Positions 49,503 through 58,340 of a stretch of 64,000 nucleotides of DNA are shown piece by piece. The notes under the pieces were generated by a model. It was not told where the DNA came from. It worked only from the letters and a program-made list of their open reading frames with translations, and did not search any database. Position numbers and translations under genes: made by a program. Source of the DNA: Desulfatiglandales bacterium. Lineage in GTDB: Bacteria; Desulfobacterota; DSM-4660; Desulfatiglandales; HGW-15. Position 1 is the stretch's first letter. The number at the start of each line of letters is the position of its first letter. The stretch spans positions 640,001 through 704,000 of the forward strand of contig CAXXJJ010000004.1 of the NCBI GenBank assembly GCA_963667015.2, in the 5' to 3' direction.

Positions 49503-51489
49503 TGTTATCCTCCTGGTTGTTTAGATCGTTTGATTGTTTTTTCTTTTCAGCAGCAGCCTTAACCAAACTATCGATATAGGCGCGTTCATGGTAATAGCCA
49601 ATTAGATACGAACCGTTCAACGACGTATCTTTTTCATAATCACCCGTTTTAAACTGATTCATCACAGCTTGAATTTCATTAAACGCAAATCCGCCTTTCA
49701 CCATTTGAATATAAGGGTTAAGGCAGCTGTGAATGGTCTGCCATGTCCTAAAGGGACGCTGGGCAAAGGTTTGCATATGCCGTATCGCAGCGGTGATCAC
49801 ACGGTCGTTATCCTTTTTGTATAGGGCGTATTCCTCCAGCTTGTCTGCCGCGCCAAGCAATCTGCCATAAAGGTAGTTACGGTCGTTTCTGTCGAGTTCA
49901 ATGCTCAATTGATAGTCCTCCTCTTTACGTTGTTGAAAATCCTTACGCACCAACGCACATGCTGTTGATGTGATTTGTTCAAAACCATTTCGGTCAAATT
50001 TGCCATTTTTTGTAATTGCCAACGGATTGGAGGCCCGCCGCACAGCTGCTACCACATAATCCTTCGGCAAAAACGCGCCATCAAAAACACAGCGCAGCAA
50101 CCGTTCCCGTGCCGCTTTTTTGATTTTAGTATAGCTTTCATCCTTGGTTCCCCGTGGCTTGCCGTAAACTGCCTCGATGATCTTATCAACGGACGGCGCA
50201 CCGATGTAGGGGATATATTTCTCAGCTACTTTGTCCCAGAACTTTTGATGCCATTTACAGAAGCTATGCCAGTCAGCGACTCTTTCAAGATATTCGTTTC
50301 TGTCAAGTTCGCGGTAAAATGTGATAGACAATCGGCCCGTTGTAGCTGCATCCAGTGCAATCAATGCCGTTTTGGCATGTTGATTCAACGCCTGACCATG
50401 TCCAAATCCCCCAAGGGCTTTTCTCAATGCGTCAGCATAATCAGAGCCAGTTTCGGCGCGAAGGTCGATCCGGATGTCACTCTCTGTTTGCACCGTGTTG
50501 TTTTGCAACAGAGCCCAAATACTTTTGTCTTCAATCGGAGGTGGTAAGAGTTTTTCCATAGAACCAATCGTAAAAGACAAGATCACCTGTTCGCCGCAGT
50601 AGTATCCTCGATCATTGATGAGATACCGCAAAAACTGGTGCGCCTTCTGGGACGTCTCATATCCAATGGAGACTGCTTCGGAAGAATCGCTGAATTTTCC
50701 TCGAAACGTGTAATTCGTCTTATCATTATCGGAAACAAGCTTTGAGTTTCCGGAAGCGTTGGAAATCTTTTTTGGGTGTGACGTGGTAGTGAGTTGCTCC
50801 ACGCCTGAAACATAGTCCAACGCAATCTTTTCCTGCAGCTTCGTATCTTCTTTTAATTTTTTCTTTTCAGCAGATAGCAACTTTTTCTTGTCGGCCAACT
50901 CATCTTCAGCTCGTTTTTTTCTTTCAGCCAACTTCCCCTTTTCGGCCAAATAATATTGATGCCACGTACTGAAAAGCGTCTCGTCTTCCCAAGCTTTTGT
51001 TTGCTGATTACCGGGCATTTCTACCTGAAAAATGATGTTCGTTTTATCTTTCAGTTTCATTCCCGACAGATTAGAAGCGATAGTTCCTTTCGAAACATAT
51101 TGATAGATAGCTTTTATTTGTTCTGTTGCGAATTCAAAATCAGAAAATTTTTTAAGCTGCTCGATGTAAGCATCATATTTTTTGCCGTCTCCCTTTAAAT
51201 ACCCATACTGGTCAAAAACCGGATGCGGTGCAACACCACTTGAACGACCCAAACTTTCTTCAGTAACCGGAATTTTGATATTGACAAGAGGATTCCCAGG
51301 ATTTTTTTTGGTTGGGTTTGTCTTCTTTTCGATTTTCTCAGAACGAACAAATTTTCCATTTCCATCAATAACGATAACGGCAATAATATCGCTGTTGTTG
51401 GAAATGGATGTCGTCGAAAGCGGATACATATTTTTCAACGCATCAGCATTCATGTCATAACTGTCCGCTAAATGTTGCCAGAATCCCAT
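49489..51489 (-). CDS. cas8c: Type I-C Cas8c (Csd1)
   Basis: IPVTEES.GRSS..PHP..D, SQKAHQ.LR.LI, DAATTGRLSI, YLYGRLL, YLIGYYH. Confidence 0.9.
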   Translation of the reverse strand: MGFWQHLADSYDMNADALKNMYPLSTTSISNNSDIIAVIVIDGNGKFVRSEKIEKKTNPTKKNPGNPLVNIKIPVTEESLGRSSGVAPHPVFDQYGYLKGDGKKYDAYIEQLKKFSDFEFATEQIKAIYQYVSKGTIASNLSGMKLKDKTNIIFQVEMPGNQQTKAWEDETLFSTWHQYYLAEKGKLAERKKRAEDELADKKKLLSAEKKKLKEDTKLQEKIALDYVSGVEQLTTTSHPKKISNASGNSKLVSDNDKTNYTFRGKFSDSSEAVSIGYETSQKAHQFLRYLINDRGYYCGEQVILSFTIGSMEKLLPPPIEDKSIWALLQNNTVQTESDIRIDLRAETGSDYADALRKALGGFGHGQALNQHAKTALIALDAATTGRLSITFYRELDRNEYLERVADWHSFCKWHQKFWDKVAEKYIPYIGAPSVDKIIEAVYGKPRGTKDESYTKIKKAARERLLRCVFDGAFLPKDYVVAAVRRASNPLAITKNGKFDRNGFEQITSTACALVRKDFQQRKEEDYQLSIELDRNDRNYLYGRLLGAADKLEEYALYKKDNDRVITAAIRHMQTFAQRPFRTWQTIHSCLNPYIQMVKGGFAFNEIQAVMNQFKTGDYEKDTSLNGSYLIGYYHERAYIDSLVKAAAEKKKQSNDLNNQEDNNDGQ

Positions 51490-51491
51490 TA

Positions 51492-52229
51492 TTATTCCTC
51501 CTCCAACATATCAGCTACTAAAGGATCATCATCAATAAGCAAAAAATTCCGATCGTTCTCAAATTCTTTTGCCTTCATCTTGCGAATAAAACGTCGCATA
51601 GAAGGATCACAATCCTTCGGCATCGAGAATTCAATGATTCCGTCGATCATCTTCGGCCTCCACAGGCGGACCGCCAATTCATCCTTTCCGGTTTCATCAG
51701 GATAGTCATATCCATGAAACATCACGCCAAAATCAATTTCCCCATACTGGTCGTAAACACTCACTCCTTCACCAAAGACGCAGGGTTCTACATAGCCCTG
51801 ACATTCCCGTGTTCCAAGAAAAACATCTCGTCGTCCGCCTTTTTTGATACAGCGTTTGGCGATGTTGTGATGCTTATGTTCGTCACGGTCATCTTTAAGT
51901 TTTTCACGTTGATAATTCCAATCAAAATGGGCAAGAACCTGATATTCCACATCCCGCAAATAGGTGTAATAGGAAAGGTCGTTACCACCGCTCATTTTTA
52001 TTGGTTTGATCCCCTTTGACTCGGTTTGGATCTTTTTCATCACCCTAGCGGCATCAATGTACCAGATAAAAGTCGGTTTCCAGTAAACGCTTTCAAGAAT
52101 GCCTTTGAGCGCCTGATAGGTGGGGATTTGATAGGAGAATTTTTCGCCCCCCACTCGTGTAATCGGATCAGCAAACATCGCATAACGACCCGTAATTTTA
52201 AATTCCACTGAATTGCGTTTTTTGTCCAT
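51492..52229 (-). CDS. cas5: Type I-C Cas5 (Cas5d)
   Basis: GRYAMFADP.TRVGGEK.SY.IPT, YWKPT, YLRDVEY, FLGTREC. Confidence 0.95.
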   Translation of the reverse strand: MDKKRNSVEFKITGRYAMFADPITRVGGEKFSYQIPTYQALKGILESVYWKPTFIWYIDAARVMKKIQTESKGIKPIKMSGGNDLSYYTYLRDVEYQVLAHFDWNYQREKLKDDRDEHKHHNIAKRCIKKGGRRDVFLGTRECQGYVEPCVFGEGVSVYDQYGEIDFGVMFHGYDYPDETGKDELAVRLWRPKMIDGIIEFSMPKDCDPSMRRFIRKMKAKEFENDRNFLLIDDDPLVADMLEEE

Positions 52230-52248
52230 CTGCTACCTCTATCCTTAA

Positions 52249-54530
52249 TTATACATTCAATAAAGAAAACATCGCTTCTCGCCTTAACCCCAGCTCTTTC
52301 GTGTCGTAGTAATCCGGACTCAACAAGTAAAACACGTCATCCACGAGACTGGCCGCTTTTTTTATTTCATCCAAAGCATTTGAATAGACGGAGACTGTAT
52401 ATTTCTGCAATTGCTTCAAGATACGCATTTTCCCCTTCGGTTCATAACAACGCTTGAATTCATCTACAAGTTTCAACGCATCGCCGTAGGGCACAACCAC
52501 TCCAGTCTGTATCCCGTCAATCACAGAAAACTCATCTGCCGCCCTTTGGAATGCACAAGGCAACCCTTGGTAATCCCTGTTATTGCGGTCCCGGTAAGCA
52601 ATCGCCCCTAATGAATTCTCGTTTAGCAAGTTATAAATCGTTGTTTTATCATCCTTTGTTTTGTAATCCATTTTGCCGATGTTTTCCCCTTTTTGCTGGT
52701 CGAAAAAATAGTATTGATAAAACAAATTGATCACCTCATTGCTCAACAAATTGTCGCCTTTCTTTTCACGAAATACTCGTGCAGTAACGTTCTTGCCCTC
52801 CTTAATTTCCGGTAAGCTCGAAAGCTTTTCATCCTGGACATCAATAACAAAAACCGGCTGCGGCGTTGATTTTTCTTTGTTGCGGTTGCAGCGCCCAGCC
52901 GCCTGGATAATGCTGTCCATACCTGCCTGAGCCCGGATTACACAGTCAAACGACACATCCACGCCCGCTTCTATCAATTGTGTACTGACACATAACGTCA
53001 AACGTTTGGTTTCAGGAGCCAGATTTTTCCGTAATCGCTCCAGGACATTCAAACGATGAGCAGGACAAAGGTCGGTCGTCAAAAATGCTTTATCACATTC
53101 AATCGATCGGCAATCTTCATAAACCTTGCGGGCATCACCTTTAGTGTTCAGGATAACAAGTGTGCTCTTTTCCTGTTCAATCTGTGCCTTTACCACTCCC
53201 GCAATTTGTTCGTGAGTCATTTTCGATTGAGTTTTATCCTTAATGTGAACTCGCTCAAAATTATTCAATTCATCCTGTGTGATACTGAAATATCCGGTTT
53301 ATCAGACAACCGCACCGGACGTTCAGTATATTGAAGGTGCGGCTGGGTAGCAGTACAGAGCAAGACAGTTGATTTACCGAAGATTTGCAGGAAATTCACA
53401 GCTTCATTGAACAAATGAACGCACTTGATCGGCAGAGCCTGGATTTCGTCAAAAATCAGAACAGCTTCCGACATATTATGCAATTTTCGGAGCTTGGACG
53501 CTTTGTTGCTGTATATTGATTCAAGAAATTGAACCATCGTGGTTAAAATTATTGGACTGTCCCAACGGGAAGTCAGCAAACGGTATTGTCCTTCGGCGTC
53601 ATCCTCGTGAGGCGGTTCGATGTTCGAGTGATGTTCTAAAATCAATTCATCGCCGTTATCCGGAAAAACCTTGTGCATCGTGGAAGCGGTCTGATCAAGA
53701 ATCGACAAATAAGGGATAATGTAAATAATACGTTTAAGATTGTATTTTTTAGCGTGCTCCAAAGCGAACCGCAAGCTCGACAGCGTTTTTCCCCCTCCGG
53801 TCGGAACTGATAAAGTATAAATTCCCTGCTTCCGATTGCCTGCTTGTCGGCACTGTTCTGATATACTCTTGCGGACTTTATCAATGCCATAATTATCAGG
53901 GAATGATACCAGAAAATTTTCTAATTTTTGAATCAAATTTGTCCAATCAGGTAATTTATCGTTAATTTCCAAACCTGCACTGTTACATCTATCCGCATCC
54001 ACAACACAGGAATAAACCGCTTTAGTCAAAAGGTGTAGCATGAAATAAGGGTTAATGTTTTTCGTTTGACTCAGTTGACAAAAGTTAAAAATTTCGGTTT
54101 TCAACGTTGCTTCGTTGACACTGGGACAAAATGCGTCTACAGCTTCTGCGTAATGGAGTTTATCTTCGCCTTTATTGATTTTGACGGATAACGTCCTTTC
54201 GCCATTGCTAATATTGTCGAATAGGCCACCGTGATGCGTTGCTATAACATTGCCAACGATGTCCGCAATCACATGATCATTGATTGTTTCCTCCGCAAAT
54301 TTCGCCCCTTGCAAGGCGTGAATGACTTCACCGCGAGTCACAGCTCCACCGCTTAGACTACGCTTTAGATAATCCTGAAATGCCTGTGTGTATTTCCCCA
54401 AATCGTGTAGAAGCCCGGCCAAATAGACTGTATTTCCACAATCAAAAACACTGGAGAATTCTTTTGCAAGATTAGCTGTCGCGGTAAGGTGGTCATTCAG
54501 TTCCTGATTCTCACGAGCGTAATACATCAT
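52249..54530 (-). CDS. cas3: Cas3 HD nuclease/helicase, frameshifted at about 53270-53298 as sequenced
   Basis: LLHDLGK, HHGG, DAD, PTGGGKT, DEIQ and TAT in the first frame; STQLIEAGVD and QAAGRCNR in the second. A -1 shift gives ...PDI-SITQDELNNFERV. Confidence 0.92.
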
Positions 54531-54563
54531 ATTGTCCTTACTTATGTTTTGTTGGTTCAATAC

Positions 54564-54605
54564 CTATTTAGAAAATCCGGCAATGCTGCCATTTTTTCTA
54601 AATAG
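54564..54605. promoter_or_regulatory. Inverted repeat just upstream of cas3
   Basis: CTATTTAGAAAA and TTTTCTAAATAG (12/12), with an inner GGCA/TGCC stem. Confidence 0.45.
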
Positions 54606-54884
54606 AAAAATAAAAGCGGAAATATATTGTATTTTTAGCTGGTTATCCAAATTGAATGGCCGCTAAATAGTAACAAAAATCGATATTAACCGCTGTGCAG
54701 ATATTAACAGAATGGGCCATTTATCTGCTGAGACAGTTATTTGAAATTATGTTTTTACTGAAAATTAATTGGATGGACTCATTATATACACCATTTGAAC
54801 CATTTAGGGGTATATTTATTTTTAAATAACAGAATCTTTCACTTTTTATAAAAAAGTGAATTTCAAATTTCAAATTTCAAATTA

Positions 54885-55379
54885 TTACGTCTTCCTCATA
54901 GGATGATCAGGCGGCAGCATATTGATCAGTTCTTTATTAAAATCCTCCGCCCCTTTTTGCTGATTATATTGCGCTTTTGTCTTTTCATTAAGGTGCCTCT
55001 GGCCCTTTATGTCCGAGTTCTGAAAATGATCGGCCCATGCCCTTAATTGCCGTGAACAGCTTTCGGAAATGGATTTCAAATCTGAAATCTGAGATTTGAA
55101 ATGATCAAAGCCCTTCCTTCTTTCTATAAAACAGAGCATTGAGCGAACTTCTCCTGCTGATCCTCTTGCGATGTACAGAAACATTAAAAGTTCATTTGTT
55201 GTACCTCTTTCAAATCCTTCGGCAATATTGTTGGAAACAGAAAGAGCGGCTCTTTCTATCTGATCTCTCAGGCTACGGCTTCCCTTCCACTCCCTTGATT
55301 CGGTCATGTCATATACTTTATCAACAAGCCTGATTGCCTCCTGCCATACGGGTAATTCCTCGAATCTGGAATAGGTCAT
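54885..55379 (-). CDS. Four-helix-bundle protein (23S rRNA IVP/Avd-like)
   Basis: FEELPVWQ, LRDQIERAALSVSNNIAEGFERG, FLYIARGSAGEVRS; GGAGG RBS. Flanked by (TTTCAAA)3 at 54861-54881 and (TTTAAAA)3 at 55396-55416. Confidence 0.9.
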   Translation of the reverse strand: MTYSRFEELPVWQEAIRLVDKVYDMTESREWKGSRSLRDQIERAALSVSNNIAEGFERGTTNELLMFLYIARGSAGEVRSMLCFIERRKGFDHFKSQISDLKSISESCSRQLRAWADHFQNSDIKGQRHLNEKTKAQYNQQKGAEDFNKELINMLPPDHPMRKT

Positions 55380-55570
55380 TTGTTATCCTCCTGAATTTAA
55401 AATTTAAAATTTAAAATATGCAGAAAATAAACCGACTTACACACTTTATTATCTTTTATTTTTTAATAATAATATGTTATACAGCTTGGCTTGATTTTTT
55501 TTTACTTTACAAAGAATTCTCCGGGGCGAATAATTATTCGCCCCTGTTTTTTATTATTTAAGGAAAAAAT

Positions 55571-57409
55571 ATGAACAAAATGGAAAAGAATACCAAAATA
55601 AGAAATATAGCTATAATCGCCCATGTTGACCATGGAAAAACTACCCTTGTGGACGCCATGTTTAAACAGAGCGGACTCTTCAGGGAAGGACAGGAGGTTG
55701 AAAACCGCCTCATGGACAACATGGAGCTTGAAAGGGAGCGGGGTATAACAATCGCCGCAAAAAACTGCTCTGTTGTATGGAAGGGCACAAAGATAAATAT
55801 CATCGATACACCAGGCCATGCCGACTTTGGCGGTGAGGTTGAAAGGGCACTTGTAATGGCAGACGGGGCACTGCTGCTTGTTGACTCATCCGAAGGTCCC
55901 CTTCCACAGACAAGATTTGTTTTAAAAAAGACATTTGAGGCAGGCCTCAAGGTTATGGTTGTTATAAACAAGATAGACCGGCCGGACACACGCCCCCAGG
56001 AGGTTCTCAATGAAATATATGATCTCTTCATTGACCTGGGCGCCAGCGATGAACAGATCGAATTTCCACTGCTTTACGCAATAGGCAAGACCGGAATTGC
56101 AAAGAAAAAGCTGAGTGACAAATCCAATAATCTAGAAGTCCTCTTTGATTCGATTCTTGAACATACACCTCCGCCTTCATATGACCCCAAAGAACCCTTC
56201 CAGATGCTTGTAGCAGACCTTGGGTATTCATCCTACATGGGACGGCTCGCTGTAGGCAAGGTTATAAACGGCAACGTCAATTTCAATGACAACCTTGTCT
56301 GCATGGGAGAAAACGATTCTGAGATTCCTTTAAAGGTTACAAAAATTCAGGTTTATGAAGGGGTCAACCTCAAGGAGGTTAAAAATGCCGGACCCGGAGA
56401 TATTGTGGTGCTTTCAGGTATAGACAATGTCAAGATCGGCGACACCATATGCAACAGGGAGTTTCCAAAGGCATTAAAAAGGATATCAGTGGAAGAGCCC
56501 ACTGTATCCATGAGATTTACAATAAATACCTCTCCCCTTGCGGGCAAGGAGGGCAAGAACGTTCAATCCAGTAAAATAAAGGAACGGCTCTATAGGGAAA
56601 CCCTGAGTAATGTGGCTATAAAGGTTGAGGAATCGGAAGACAGGGACAGTTTTATAGTAAAGGGCAGAGGAGAATTCCAGCTTGCCATAATCATTGAAAC
56701 AATGCGAAGGGAAGGATTTGAATTCTGTGTAAGCAGACCTGAAGTTATTTTAAAGGAAAAGGACGGCAAAAAACAGGAGCCTATCGAACACCTTTACATT
56801 GACGCTGACGAGGCGTATATGGGGGTGCTTACCGAGAAACTGGCACTGAGGAAGGCCAAGATGCTTAACCTTACCAACAGCGGCACAGGTAGGGTCAGGA
56901 TGGAGTTTACAGTGCCCTCGAGGGGTCTTATTGGCTTCAGAGACGATTTTCTAACTGTCACAAGGGGAACAGGAATCATGAATTCATACCTTGAAGGCTT
57001 TGATGATTACAGGGGAGAATTTCCTTCAAGGTTCAGCGGCTCTATCGTTTCTGACAGGCAGGGTTCTGCCGTTGCCTATGCCCTTTTCAACCTGGAACCA
57101 AGGGGAAGACTTTTTATTACTCCAGGAGATCCGGTATATGAGGGCATGGTAATTGGTGAACATAACAGGGATAATGATATCAATGTAAACCCCTGCAAGG
57201 AAAAGAAACTTTCGAACATGCGTGCTGCCGGAAAGGATGACAATGTCCTGCTGTCACCGGCACGGCCCCTTACCCTTGAAAGCTCCATTGTGTATATCAA
57301 AGAGGACGAAATGGTTGAGGTTACACCAAAATCAATACGTCTTAGAAAGATGGTGCTATCTCAACAGACCAGGCATACAAGCCTGGCCAGAAAATTAAAG
57401 GAAAAATAA
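55571..57409 (+). CDS. typA: Translational GTPase TypA/BipA
   Basis: AHVDHGKTTLVD, ERGITI, DTPGHADFGGEVER, GRGE, MRREG, KKLSNMRAAG, VEVTP. Confidence 0.97.
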   Translation: MNKMEKNTKIRNIAIIAHVDHGKTTLVDAMFKQSGLFREGQEVENRLMDNMELERERGITIAAKNCSVVWKGTKINIIDTPGHADFGGEVERALVMADGALLLVDSSEGPLPQTRFVLKKTFEAGLKVMVVINKIDRPDTRPQEVLNEIYDLFIDLGASDEQIEFPLLYAIGKTGIAKKKLSDKSNNLEVLFDSILEHTPPPSYDPKEPFQMLVADLGYSSYMGRLAVGKVINGNVNFNDNLVCMGENDSEIPLKVTKIQVYEGVNLKEVKNAGPGDIVVLSGIDNVKIGDTICNREFPKALKRISVEEPTVSMRFTINTSPLAGKEGKNVQSSKIKERLYRETLSNVAIKVEESEDRDSFIVKGRGEFQLAIIIETMRREGFEFCVSRPEVILKEKDGKKQEPIEHLYIDADEAYMGVLTEKLALRKAKMLNLTNSGTGRVRMEFTVPSRGLIGFRDDFLTVTRGTGIMNSYLEGFDDYRGEFPSRFSGSIVSDRQGSAVAYALFNLEPRGRLFITPGDPVYEGMVIGEHNRDNDINVNPCKEKKLSNMRAAGKDDNVLLSPARPLTLESSIVYIKEDEMVEVTPKSIRLRKMVLSQQTRHTSLARKLKEK

Positions 57410-57417
57410 AAACCATT

Positions 57418-57620
57418 TCTCACAGAGCTCGCAGAGAACGCAGAGAAAGACAAAAGCCTTCGGTTAATAAAACTTCATAATAAATGGATGTCCGTCTGCA
57501 CGGGCAAACGACAAAGTGAGACAGGTTTAAAACCTGTCTCTACATTTTTCACACCTGTATTTTAATCATAAAAAGCTTTTCTCTGTGGTCTCTGCGTGCT
57601 CTAGCGCAGCGGGCGAGAGA
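57418..57620. repeat. MITE/REP-like long inverted repeat with a nested hairpin between convergent typA and nrdG
   Basis: AGAGCTCGCAGAGAACGCAGAGAAA (about 57424) pairs imperfectly with TTTCTCTGTGGTCTCTGCGTGCTCT (ending 57602). Internal GAGACAGGTTTAAAACCTGTCTCTAC at 57518-57543. Confidence 0.6.
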
Positions 57621-57628
57621 TAAATAGA

Positions 57629-58330
57629 TTATCGCACCACACACCTCTGAACCCATGGTTCGGCGATTGATTTAAATGCCATCAGTTCAGGATCTGTAAA
57701 TTCAGGAGAGGTATTCTTATCAAAATATTCGGGATGGAGAATCTCGGCCCTGTGGAAATTCTGCAGTGCATAAAGTTTTGCATCTTTTATTATTTTAACG
57801 ATTCTGCCAATAACTTCTCTGTCAACAAAGCCCTTTACACAGGTGGTTCGAAACTCATAATCAGTCGCTGTTTCCATTATTGTTTCTATGCTTGAGAGTA
57901 TATCCTCAGGGTTGATACATTTTGCCACAAGCGGATTATAGCGTGACGGATCTGTCTTGATATCCATTGCAATATAATCCACAAGCCCTTCCTCAATCAG
58001 AAACTTCAGATTATCCGGTTTACTCCCGTTTGTGTCCAGCTTGATTGAATAACCCAGCCCCTTGATGGCTTCACAGAGCTTAACAAGGTTTTTCTGCAGA
58101 GTAGGCTCTCCTCCGGAGATTACCACTCCATCCAGAAAATCCCTTCGGCTTTCAAGAAATCCATAAAGACCGTCACCCTTTAAAGAGGCCGGGCATTCAT
58201 CACTGCCCTTCACAAGCGAAGGATTATGACAATAGGGGCAGTCAAAATTACAGCCCGACAAAAATATCACGCAGCTCAGTTTGCCGGGGTAATCTATAAG
58301 TGAATTTTTCTGAATTCCTCCAATGTTCAT
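57629..58330 (-). CDS. nrdG: Anaerobic ribonucleotide reductase activating enzyme
   Basis: SLIDYPG, GCNFDCPYCHN, SGGEPT, KLDTNG, YEFRTT; follows nrdD. Confidence 0.93.
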   Translation of the reverse strand: MNIGGIQKNSLIDYPGKLSCVIFLSGCNFDCPYCHNPSLVKGSDECPASLKGDGLYGFLESRRDFLDGVVISGGEPTLQKNLVKLCEAIKGLGYSIKLDTNGSKPDNLKFLIEEGLVDYIAMDIKTDPSRYNPLVAKCINPEDILSSIETIMETATDYEFRTTCVKGFVDREVIGRIVKIIKDAKLYALQNFHRAEILHPEYFDKNTSPEFTDPELMAFKSIAEPWVQRCVVR

Positions 58331-58340
58331 CTCTTTCCTT

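Noticed and set aside
47513..55379. Diversity-generating retroelement suggested by Avd-like genes
   Set aside because: No reverse transcriptase and no template/variable repeat pair with adenine-specific mismatches. The M56 paralogue differences are not adenine-restricted.
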